The notes below the pieces were generated by a model. That model saw nothing but the letters and a program-made list of their open reading frames with translations. It searched no databases and was not told the origin of the DNA. Shown piece after piece: positions 16,420 to 24,341 of a stretch of 36,223 nt of DNA (position 1 is its first letter; each line of letters opens with the position of its first letter). The stretch is from Alphaproteobacteria bacterium UBA1254 (GTDB lineage Bacteria > Pseudomonadota > Alphaproteobacteria > RF32 > CAG-239). The stretch lies in the NCBI GenBank assembly GCA_002308495.1, contig DBVW01000010.1, positions 45,555 to 81,777 on the forward strand, written 5' to 3'. A program made the translations under genes and the position numbers.

Positions 16420-18501
16420 ATGTCTGAACAAGAAAATCAAGATTTAAACGCGGATTCTCCTATACTTGATACATTGGGAAACGCTGTTAAGAACCTTATT
16501 GAAAAAGGCAAAATCAGAGGATATATCACCGTTGAAGAGCTCAATAAGGCTCTTCCGTCAGAGAAAGAAACATCAGAAAACATTGAAGACATTATGGCTT
16601 CGATTTCGGATTTGGGCATCAGTTTAATTTCCGAATCCGAAACGGATGAGTTTGAAAACGAAAACGAAGACTTAGCGGAAGACGAAGACATTGATGAAAG
16701 CGGCAACTTTGATGAAAAAGAGCTGAGCCGCTCGGATGATCCGGTGCGCATGTATTTGCGCGAAATGGGAGCTGTTGAACTTCTCTCTCGCGAGGGTGAA
16801 ATCGCCATTGCCAAGCGTATTGAAGCCGGAAACACGGTCATGTTGAGCGGTTTGTGCGAAAGTCCGATGACTTTGAAAGCCATTGCCGGCTGGCGCGATG
16901 AACTGGTGAACGGGACCATGCAGCTTCGTGATATTGTCGATTTGGAAATGATGTATGGCGATGACAGTGAGGCGATTTCATACGATGATGACGACAGTCA
17001 GGTCGATGATTTAGACACGGTTGCCAAAGATTTGGAAGAAAAAAATCTTGATGATATTGACGATGACTTAGAAACAGACATTGAACTGGAATCAGACGTC
17101 GAAGACGATATGGACGAAGACGATATTTCAGAAGACGATGAAGACGGAGAAGATGCTGAAGACAAAGAAGATGAAGACGAAGGAGAAGACTCAGCCTCAT
17201 CTGAAGAAGATGATGAAAATGTCGGTCATGCAAACACCTCTGTTTCTGCGATGGAAAGCGCTTTGTTAGAGCCCGTGCTTGAAATTTTGAACAAAATTTC
17301 AAGCTATTATGATGATTTGAAAAAAATTCAAACTCAGCGTATGAACACAATCAAAGCCGGTCGTAAAGTTTCTGGAACGGTCGAAAAGAAATATCTTGAA
17401 GTTAAGAAAGATTTGGTTGAGTTAATGAGCTCAATTCACTTGAATGCCGTGCGTATCGAACAGCTTGTCGAACAGTTAAATGAAATGAACAAGCGTCTCA
17501 TGGGTTTTGAAGGCAAATTGTTGCGCTATGCAACATCTTGCAAAATCAAACGCGAAGACTTTTTATCGTCATATCAAAAGTCAGAGCTTGATCCGAACTG
17601 GCTTGATGAAATTAAAGCGAAAAAAGACAAGCATTGGTCAATGTTTATTGAGCGCTACGGCAAAGAGGTAAAAGAGCTCCGCGCAAACATCATTCAAATG
17701 TCGGAAGAATGCGGCTTGCCGATCAGCGAATATCGCAAAATGGTTGAAACAATCAAGCACGGCGAGCGTGAATCTGACAGAGCCAAAAAAGAAATGATTG
17801 AGGCAAACTTAAGGCTTGTTATTTCAATCGCCAAAAAATACACCAACCGCGGAATGCAGTTCTTGGATTTAATTCAGGAAGGTAACATCGGCCTGATGAA
17901 AGCGGTTGATAAATTTGAATATCGCCGCGGTTACAAGTTTTCAACTTATGCCACATGGTGGATCAGACAGGCCATCACGCGTTCGATTGCCGATCAGGCA
18001 CGCACGATTCGAATCCCGGTTCACATGATTGAAACAATCAACAAGCTGGTTCGCACATCGCGTCAAATGTTAACGGAAATGGGGCGTGAACCTGTGCCGG
18101 AAGAGCTTGCAAAAAGGCTTTCGATGCCGCTTGAGAAAATCAGAAAAGTGATGAAAATCGCCAAAGAGCCGGTGAGCCTTGAAGCCCCTGTCGGTGATGA
18201 AGAAGATTCGTCACTCGGTGATTTTATCGCAGACGAGAGTGCTTTGCAACCTTTAGATTCGGCGATTCATTCAAACTTGAAAGAAACATGCACGAAGATT
18301 TTGTCTTCATTAACGCCGCGTGAAGAGCGCGTTTTAAGAATGCGCTTTGGTATCGGAATGAACACGGATCACACGTTGGAAGAAGTCGGTCAGCAGTTTA
18401 ATGTTACCCGTGAGCGTATTCGTCAAATTGAAGCAAAAGCTCTGCGCAAGCTCAAACATCCGAGCCGCTCGCGCCGCTTACGCTCATTTTTGGATCAATA
18501 A
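16420..18501 (+). CDS. rpoD: RNA polymerase sigma factor RpoD (sigma70)
   Basis: Region 1.1; [12 protein letters not shown]; acidic non-conserved region; [13 protein letters not shown]; [12 protein letters not shown]; region 4 [16 protein letters not shown]. Confidence 0.98.
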   Translation: MSEQENQDLNADSPILDTLGNAVKNLIEKGKIRGYITVEELNKALPSEKETSENIEDIMASISDLGISLISESETDEFENENEDLAEDEDIDESGNFDEKELSRSDDPVRMYLREMGAVELLSREGEIAIAKRIEAGNTVMLSGLCESPMTLKAIAGWRDELVNGTMQLRDIVDLEMMYGDDSEAISYDDDDSQVDDLDTVAKDLEEKNLDDIDDDLETDIELESDVEDDMDEDDISEDDEDGEDAEDKEDEDEGEDSASSEEDDENVGHANTSVSAMESALLEPVLEILNKISSYYDDLKKIQTQRMNTIKAGRKVSGTVEKKYLEVKKDLVELMSSIHLNAVRIEQLVEQLNEMNKRLMGFEGKLLRYATSCKIKREDFLSSYQKSELDPNWLDEIKAKKDKHWSMFIERYGKEVKELRANIIQMSEECGLPISEYRKMVETIKHGERESDRAKKEMIEANLRLVISIAKKYTNRGMQFLDLIQEGNIGLMKAVDKFEYRRGYKFSTYATWWIRQAITRSIADQARTIRIPVHMIETINKLVRTSRQMLTEMGREPVPEELAKRLSMPLEKIRKVMKIAKEPVSLEAPVGDEEDSSLGDFIADESALQPLDSAIHSNLKETCTKILSSLTPREERVLRMRFGIGMNTDHTLEEVGQQFNVTRERIRQIEAKALRKLKHPSRSRRLRSFLDQ

Positions 18502-18672
18502 AACAAAAAAACCACCTCAAGGGTGGTTTTTTATTGGTGGGCGCTGAGAGGCTACTACGCTGACGCTTCGTTCACTGCGCTCATCGCCTTTGGCGACCGG
18601 CGTCTTTTCATCCGCCTTTCGCTTGTAGTCGAACTCCCTTTCTCGTGAGTTCTCACACCACAGCACTTAACC
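18502..18672 (-). repeat. 171-bp tRNA-linked repeat unit (RtT-like) carrying a copy of the tRNA-Val 3' end and terminator
   Basis: The 50 bp at 18502..18551 equal 18673..18722. The T-arm remnant TCGAACTCCC at 18629..18638 is separated from the acceptor-end copy by a 77-bp structured insert. Confidence 0.75.
18504..18532. terminator. Bidirectional terminator (rpoD / tRNA-linked repeat); identical copy at 18675..18703
   Basis: AAAAAAACCACC-TCAAG-GGTGGTTTTTT. Confidence 0.85.
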
Positions 18673-18705
18673 AACAAAAAAACCACCTCAAGGGTGGTTT
18701 TTTAT

Positions 18706-18781
18706 TGGTGGGCGCTGAGAGGTTCGAACTCCCGACCCTCTCGGTGTAAACGAGATGCTCTTCCAGCTGAGCTAAGCGCCC
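18706..18781 (-). tRNA. tRNA-Val (anticodon TAC)
   Basis: GGGCGCTTAGCTCAGCTGGAAGAGCA-TCTCG-TTTACAC-CGAGA-GGGTCGGGAGTTCGAACCTCTCAGCGCCCACCA; 76-nt cloverleaf with encoded CCA. Confidence 0.97.
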
Positions 18782-18871
18782 ACATTGCCAATGAGCCCCT
18801 TTATATACAGTATTTTTTTTAAAATCAAGCAAAAAATTCATTTTTTTTGAAAAAAATGTAAAGGAATGTTC

Positions 18872-19351
18872 TTATTGAATGAAAGCGGCGCCGTTCAAAT
18901 ACCATACGCCTACATTTAAATATGCGGCGAACAACAGCCATAAAAAATAGGGATATTGCAAATAAGCGGCCGTATGGTCCAAATCGTGAAATTTCTTAAT
19001 CATCACAAAAACGGTCCATATTAAAAGCACTAAATCAACAAGCCCGAACGCAAACAAACCCTTTGTAAAAAACAGATAACACCATAAAATATGCAAAACG
19101 AGCTGTCCGATAAATAAAAAGATGGCGCTTTGGTTGTTTTGTCGCAATAAAACGATATAAAATGAAACAATCATCAACACGTATAAAATCGGCCAAACAA
19201 TCGGAAAGACCATACGCGGCGGGTTAAAGGGCGGCAATTGAAGGGTATCATAAAAGCTGTCAATACCCAAATATGAAAGATAAGAAGACAAAGCGGCTGT
19301 TAAAGCCACCAAAGCAAAACTGACGATAAATTTAAAAATATGTTGCATCAT
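18872..19351 (-). CDS. tspO: TspO/MBR family tryptophan-rich sensory protein
   Basis: FYDTLQLPPFNPPRMVFPIVWPILY, LHILWCYLFF, PYFLWLLFAAYLN; SD GGAGG before 19351. Confidence 0.9.
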   Translation of the reverse strand: MMQHIFKFIVSFALVALTAALSSYLSYLGIDSFYDTLQLPPFNPPRMVFPIVWPILYVLMIVSFYIVLLRQNNQSAIFLFIGQLVLHILWCYLFFTKGLFAFGLVDLVLLIWTVFVMIKKFHDLDHTAAYLQYPYFLWLLFAAYLNVGVWYLNGAAFIQ

Positions 19352-19464
19352 ATAAAACCTCCGATGAAAGAGAAATAATATTTTAAAGGAATATTTCAAG
19401 TTTTTGAAAAATTTTCTTGCGTTTTGTCTAAAAATATGTATGATATGGCCAAAGAGGTCATAAT

Positions 19465-21402
19465 ATGAAAAAAGAAAAACAGGGAACAACGATTGAATTT
19501 ATCGGCGGCAACAACGAATACCGCATCGGTGCGAACAGCATTTTAATAAAACACGCCGAACAAGGCAAACAAACACAAAGAATAATGATTGATGCGGGCG
19601 CTTTGTTTACGCCGGATTGGACAAGTTATGATGCCGCTATTTGCGATATGTCGGGTTTCTTTGAAAATCCTTACAATCATGTTTCTGAACCGGTTGATGC
19701 CATATTTATTACCCACTGTCATGAAGACCATATCGGCGCGCTGATTTATTTGGCCGCGGCTAAATATAAATTGCCGAAAATATATGCCAGCGACTATACA
19801 AAAGCTTTTATTTTATCCGAAATGGATAAATATAACATTCCGCGTGAATACACGCCTGAAATAGAAACGGTTCAACAGGGAAAAACGATTTGTCTGGGTG
19901 ACAATATTGAAGTTTCGCCGTTTAACGTCTCCCACTCAACAAAAGGGGCATTGGGTTTTCATATTTTAACAAAAACAAACGGTAAAAACAATGCGGGCCT
20001 TGTCTTTTCGGGAGACTATCACTTGGGAAAAGTTCCGTTCGGACAATGTTTTGACGAAGAAGAATATAAAGACTTTATCTCTGACAAATTTGTTTCGCAT
20101 ATTTTCACGGACGCGACCTCGGCAACAATGTCCGAAGAAAGTGTTGTTACTTTTGATAAGGCTGTCGAAAACACGGTTCGCGTCTTAAAAGAACATCCCT
20201 CAAAACAAGTTTTTTCGGCGGTCATTGCACGTAGCGTTCAAAATTTGGCGGTTGACTTAAAAGCCGCGAAAGAAACGGGACGGACGGTTTTGATCGTGAG
20301 TGCCGGATTGCGCCAAAGTGTCAATATTTTAGAGGCCGGTTTGAAGCGCAATGATTCTGAAATATTAAAGCTTTTTGATGTAAAAGATGGCGAAGAATTT
20401 GATTTTGATGAGCTTGTCAAAATTGCACACAGCAGCGCTGACATTCAAAAATACCTGAACAAATACAAACCCCAAGAAAGATATATGATTATCAGCGGTG
20501 CATTTGCCGAAAACAAATCAGGTCGCAAATCTTGTTTGGTTTTAATCAGCGAACAAAATAAAGTGTCATACGATGCAAAAGGCAACCTCAAAGGCAAAGG
20601 CATGAGCGGCCACCAAATCTTTACGGCAGACAGAGACACCTTGTTCATGTTACGCCAACGCCCGATTGAAAGCATCAACGGCGAAAAACACAGAATGGTC
20701 GTTTCTCGCTTAAAAGCGCTCGGCTCAACCGTTATTTTAAATGGCGACACGCCCGATGAAAAATATCAGCGTACGGGACACGCCAACCAATCAGAGTCTG
20801 AAACATTCCGCCGTTTAACGATTGAAAATTGTTTAAACAGCGAGCGCTTAACTGCCGGCAAAGATGATGTTTTTCTCATCAGCGTACACGGTGATGTCGA
20901 ACAGTTAAAAGCCTTAGAAAAAATTTTCCGAAAAGAAGGCTCAAAAACACTTTTGTGTTTAAATACGGATACGATTGAAATCAGCGATGGAAAAACGCAA
21001 AAAGTCGAAGGATTGAGTTTTGATGATCAGCCCTGGATTTGTGTTGAAAAACATTCTCTGAGCGGTCATGGCGTTGATGATGTCTTTATCTTTGATTTGT
21101 GTGATAAAAATTTTGTAAAACAAGACAACTTATATACGATTGTCAACATCAACACAAGCGTTAACCCGCATGCCAAAAAAGAAAACACATACCGCTTAAA
21201 TAAAGCTTTGGAAACGGCCGAAAAACTCGAAGAAGAGGGAATGTCGATGTCAAACATCGAAATCCGAAACAAAATTCGCGGCGACAGGCGCGGGCGCAGA
21301 ACGGAAAGCTACACATACGGCCAAATCAAAGCCCTGCGTGAAGAAAAATCAAAATCGAAACACAAGAAAAAGTTCAACCGTAAAGAACGCGGCGGCAGAT
21401 AG
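19465..21402 (+). CDS. Divergent RNase J-family (MBL / beta-CASP) nuclease
   Basis: GGNNEYRIGAN, MIDAG, THCHEDHIG (HxHxDH), SHST, SGDYH, TGHA, VHGD; basic C-terminal tail. Confidence 0.78.
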   Translation: MKKEKQGTTIEFIGGNNEYRIGANSILIKHAEQGKQTQRIMIDAGALFTPDWTSYDAAICDMSGFFENPYNHVSEPVDAIFITHCHEDHIGALIYLAAAKYKLPKIYASDYTKAFILSEMDKYNIPREYTPEIETVQQGKTICLGDNIEVSPFNVSHSTKGALGFHILTKTNGKNNAGLVFSGDYHLGKVPFGQCFDEEEYKDFISDKFVSHIFTDATSATMSEESVVTFDKAVENTVRVLKEHPSKQVFSAVIARSVQNLAVDLKAAKETGRTVLIVSAGLRQSVNILEAGLKRNDSEILKLFDVKDGEEFDFDELVKIAHSSADIQKYLNKYKPQERYMIISGAFAENKSGRKSCLVLISEQNKVSYDAKGNLKGKGMSGHQIFTADRDTLFMLRQRPIESINGEKHRMVVSRLKALGSTVILNGDTPDEKYQRTGHANQSESETFRRLTIENCLNSERLTAGKDDVFLISVHGDVEQLKALEKIFRKEGSKTLLCLNTDTIEISDGKTQKVEGLSFDDQPWICVEKHSLSGHGVDDVFIFDLCDKNFVKQDNLYTIVNINTSVNPHAKKENTYRLNKALETAEKLEEEGMSMSNIEIRNKIRGDRRGRRTESYTYGQIKALREEKSKSKHKKKFNRKERGGR

Positions 21403-21414
21403 TTTTAAGCAAAA

Positions 21415-21461
21415 CGTCATCCCTTGACCTGCGCTGCGCGTCAGGTCATCAAGGGATCTAC
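21415..21461. repeat. Palindromic intergenic element (REP/RIME-like) or terminator
   Basis: CGTC-ATCCCTTGA-CCTG-CGCTGCGCG-TCAGGTCA-TCAAGGGAT-CTAC nested inverted repeat. The GTCATCCC...GGGATC ends resemble alphaproteobacterial palindromic elements. Confidence 0.55.
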
Positions 21462-21477
21462 AAATTTTTTGAACAGC

Positions 21478-21506
21478 TTGACAATGCGGGCATAAGAGGG
21501 TATGTC
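21478..21506 (+). promoter_or_regulatory. Candidate sigma70 promoter of the metallothionein-like gene
   Basis: TTGACA-N17-TATGTC. Confidence 0.5.
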
Positions 21507-21539
21507 TTTTAAATAAAACAACGTTAAAGGAAAATAGAA

Positions 21540-21719
21540 ATGACAAAATGCAACAACTCGAACTGTAAATGTGAAAACTGTCAATGTGGCGAAAATTGCG
21601 AGTGCGGCAAAGACGGCAAAGAGTGCCATTGCGGCGAAAAATGCACTTGCGGTGAAAAATGTGAGTGCACCAAAGAAAACAAATGCAGTGAACACTGCCA
21701 CTGTTGTGACGAAAAATAG
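21540..21719 (+). CDS. Metallothionein-like Cys-rich small protein (59 aa, 17 Cys, 3 His)
   Basis: Manual translation: MTKCNNSNCKCENCQCGENCECGKDGKECHCGEKCTCGEKCECTKENKCSEHCHCCDEK*. SD AAAGGA upstream. Missed by the ORF track (<60 aa). Confidence 0.85.
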   Translation: MTKCNNSNCKCENCQCGENCECGKDGKECHCGEKCTCGEKCECTKENKCSEHCHCCDEK

Positions 21720-21758
21720 TTTAATTGAACGATGCACCAAATTTAGCGCATCTGAAAG

Positions 21759-22604
21759 TTAATCTTTAAGATAATCCCTTATTTTATCAAGTTTGTGCAT
21801 ACCGTCCGAGACGCCCAAATCATACATATTTTGCAATTTCTTTGTATCTTTTTCTACCCTTTTTATTTTCATCAATTTCGACGGGCGCAGGACAACAATT
21901 TTGTTTTCGGCTTCATATTTTTCAATCAAATCCATCGTTTGGTTATATCTTTTATAATGACTGAGCGCCGTCTCAACAAAATTTGGAAAGTTCTTATAAA
22001 AAAGTTTGAAAGGAAGATGCGGCTTTTTCTTTCGGTAGCCGGCAGGCCTTGTCAAAACAACGATAATTTTTTGAGGGTTTGTTTCCATCGCCTTTTTTAA
22101 AGGCACGGGGTCGCTCATGCCGCCGTCTAAATATAAATTCCCGTTGATTTCAACGGGCTTTGAAACAAAAGGCATAGACCCCGACGCCCTGAAATATTCC
22201 AACCCTTTTTCGGCATCATCAACTTTGATATATTCCGGCTTTCCTGTTTTAATGTTCGTTACAACCGCATAAAAATCAACAGGGCTGTTTTTATATGTTT
22301 CAAAATCAAGCGGATCGAGTTCATAAACAAGCTTGTTAAAACAAAAATCTTTGTTCATAATGTTGCCTGTCGTAATCCATGAATATAAGCCCATATAATT
22401 TTTGTTGTTTGCATATTTTAAGTTATATCTTAAGACGCGCCCGATTTGGCGGGATTTATAATTAAGCCCGAACAATGCCCCCGCCGACACACCGTATATT
22501 TCATCAATACGGATGTCATTTTTCATCAATATATCAAGAATGCCGGCGCTGTAAAGCCCTCGCATTGCCCCGCCTTCAAGTATCAATGTCGTTTTTTGTG
22601 CCAT
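21759..22604 (-). CDS. Patatin-like phospholipase family protein (YjjU-type)
   Basis: LEGGAMRG oxyanion motif, GVSAG nucleophile elbow, YLDGG. Confidence 0.9.
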   Translation of the reverse strand: MAQKTTLILEGGAMRGLYSAGILDILMKNDIRIDEIYGVSAGALFGLNYKSRQIGRVLRYNLKYANNKNYMGLYSWITTGNIMNKDFCFNKLVYELDPLDFETYKNSPVDFYAVVTNIKTGKPEYIKVDDAEKGLEYFRASGSMPFVSKPVEINGNLYLDGGMSDPVPLKKAMETNPQKIIVVLTRPAGYRKKKPHLPFKLFYKNFPNFVETALSHYKRYNQTMDLIEKYEAENKIVVLRPSKLMKIKRVEKDTKKLQNMYDLGVSDGMHKLDKIRDYLKD

Positions 22605-22629
22605 TTTAATGTTGTTTCCTTATCATGTT

Positions 22630-22716
22630 TGAAAATAACTATATTTAATTTTTTCTTCAAATCAAACAAAAAACTTTAACAACAGCAAAAAAACTTCTTG
22701 CAATCTGAAATTTTTG
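22630..22716. repeat. 87-bp direct repeat, copy 1 (promoter-bearing intergenic sequence)
   Basis: TGAAAATAACTATATTTAA...GCAATCTGAAATTTTTG; 3 mismatches versus 23646..23732. Confidence 0.93.
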
Positions 22717-22723
22717 CTACCCC

Positions 22724-22755
22724 CAAAAAGCTCTTTCTGATGAAAGAGCTTTTTG
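22724..22755. terminator. Terminator downstream of the aspartokinase gene
   Basis: CAAAAAGCTCTTTC-TGAT-GAAAGAGCTTTTTG. Confidence 0.8.
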
Positions 22756-22856
22756 ATGAATCAATATGTTTTGTCGATTTTTACTGAGCAGATAGCGAAT
22801 ATGTAACATAACAAGATTCTAAATTAAATTACTATATATGTTCCGCAAGTGTAAAA

Positions 22857-23591
22857 TTATTTCTGTTTTGAAGCGGCGACCAACGTTCCTTCATCATTTG
22901 GGGTGAACGTTCCGCGAACACGAACGGGTATATTATATTGTCGTGCGGTTATCACACTGCGTGGATGCAAAACTTTAGCACCATTGTTTGCCATATTTAA
23001 CATATCGTCATAACTGATAAAATTTAATTTTTTGGCGGTTTTAACAACATTCGGATCTGCATCATAAACACCATCAACATCTGTATAAATATCGCAACGA
23101 TCAGCGCCTATAGCTGCGGCAATTGCGACGGCTGAAGTGTCAGAACCCTCGCGTCCGAGAGTGGTAATATCTTTTTTATCCGTTATACCCTGAAAACCGG
23201 TAATGACGGGAACGATACCCTCGTTGATAACCGATATAATAGGTGTTGTAATATGTTTTATTTCTGCGTTGCCAAAATTGTCATCGGTTAGAATGCCTGT
23301 TTGCCAAGCATTATAACTGATCGCAGGACAACCAATCGAATTTAAGGCTATTGCCATCAAGGCAACGGAAGTGCATTCGCCCGTTGATAATAAAGCATCC
23401 AACTCACGTAAATTCGGTTTATCCGTGATTTGATGTGCCAAAGTCGTCAATGCGTTTGTCGTTTTGCCCATCGCGGATACAATGACAGCAATTTCATGAG
23501 TTCTTTGCTGGTTGGCTATAATTTTGGCCACATTTTTAATTTTATCTGTGTCGGCAATCGAAGTACCGCCGAATTTCATCACTATTCTCAT
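22857..23591 (-). CDS. lysC: Aspartate kinase, catalytic (AAK) domain only, no ACT domains
   Basis: VMKFGGTS, VSAMGKTT, LLSTGE, TGFQG, TTLGREGSDTSA, IYTDVDGVYDADP, GAKVLHPRSV; ends 244 aa at GTLV. Confidence 0.88.
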   Translation of the reverse strand: MRIVMKFGGTSIADTDKIKNVAKIIANQQRTHEIAVIVSAMGKTTNALTTLAHQITDKPNLRELDALLSTGECTSVALMAIALNSIGCPAISYNAWQTGILTDDNFGNAEIKHITTPIISVINEGIVPVITGFQGITDKKDITTLGREGSDTSAVAIAAAIGADRCDIYTDVDGVYDADPNVVKTAKKLNFISYDDMLNMANNGAKVLHPRSVITARQYNIPVRVRGTFTPNDEGTLVAASKQK

Positions 23592-23645
23592 GATTGTTAC
23601 CCTATGTTAGAAAGCATTCTTTCTTTGTTTTGAAAAATAAGCGCA

Positions 23646-23732
23646 TGAAAATAACTATATTTAATTTTTTCTTCAAATCAAACAAAAAACTTCAACAATG
23701 GCAAAAAAACTTCTTGCAATCTGAAATTTTTG
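23646..23732. repeat. 87-bp direct repeat, copy 2
   Basis: Matches 22630..22716 with 3 substitutions. Confidence 0.93.
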
Positions 23733-23741
23733 TGATATAGA
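23714..23741 (+). promoter_or_regulatory. Candidate promoter of the rimP-nusA-infB operon
   Basis: TTGCAA-N16-TATAGA with an extended TGn motif. Confidence 0.55.
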
Positions 23742-23764
23742 AATTGACAACAATAATAAATTAT

Positions 23765-23794
23765 ATCAGTGGGGCTTGCCAAAGCCCCGCTGAT
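23765..23794 (+). promoter_or_regulatory. rimP leader hairpin (attenuator-like)
   Basis: ATCAGTGGGGCTT-GCCA-AAGCCCCGCTGAT followed by TTT, immediately 5' of rimP, where a conserved leader stem-loop is known. Confidence 0.7.
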
Positions 23795-23815
23795 TTTATT
23801 TGAAAAGGAAGTTTT

Positions 23816-24304
23816 ATGACAAAGACCGCTTTAGAAAAGATTATTGAACCTGTGGTTGAAGGTTTGGGCTATGAGCCGATTCGCATTTTGCTTTCGGGTA
23901 ATGTTCGCCAAACTTTGCAGGTCATGATAGATGTCAAAGACGGTTCGCGCAACATCGATGTTGAAGATTGCGCAACGGTCAGTAGGGCTCTCTCTAAAGT
24001 TTTGGATGAAAAAGACCCGATTAAAAATGAATATTCTTTAGAAGTCAGTTCTCCCGGAATTGATCGCCCGTTAACCAAACCGCACCATTTTGAGCGTTTC
24101 AAAGGAAACGAGGCAAAAATTGAAACAATAGAGCCGGTTGAAAACCGCAAACGTTTCAAAGGTGAAATTTTGGGTGTCGATTCTAAAAACAACATCAGAA
24201 TTAGTATGGATGAAAAAGAATATAAAATCGCTTTTAATAACATCGCCAAAGCAAAGCTTGTTTTAACGGACGAGCTTTTGGCGGAATATGAAGCCGAACA
24301 ATAA
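23816..24304 (+). CDS. rimP: Ribosome maturation factor RimP
   Basis: IDVEDCATVSR, YSLEVSSPGIDRPL; first gene of the nusA operon. Confidence 0.96.
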   Translation: MTKTALEKIIEPVVEGLGYEPIRILLSGNVRQTLQVMIDVKDGSRNIDVEDCATVSRALSKVLDEKDPIKNEYSLEVSSPGIDRPLTKPHHFERFKGNEAKIETIEPVENRKRFKGEILGVDSKNNIRISMDEKEYKIAFNNIAKAKLVLTDELLAEYEAEQ

Positions 24305-24341
24305 AATATTGAACTTTAACATTAAAAATCAGAGGTAAACA

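Noticed and set aside
16960-17220. GAAGAC/GATGAT low-complexity repeats in rpoD and the Lys/Glu-rich stretch in infB (26690-27000)
   Set aside because: These are the normal acidic non-conserved region of RpoD and the charged linker of IF-2.
18502-18722. Prophage or genomic island attL/attR at tRNA-Val
   Set aside because: Only ~120 bp separate the duplicated ends and no integrase is present. The structured insert fits a tRNA-linked repeat better, although a scar cannot be fully excluded.
21441-21762. Track ORFs 21441..21740 (-) and 21571..21762 (+) with Ala/Thr/Phe-rich repeats
   Set aside because: These are shadow frames of the Cys-rich metallothionein-like gene, which has the SD and promoter.
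22717-22809. 30-codon ORF (MLHIRYLL...AFWG*) running through the terminator downstream of aspartokinase, a possible attenuator leader peptide
   Set aside because: No SD, no run of regulatory codons, no clear antiterminator and no downstream biosynthetic gene.
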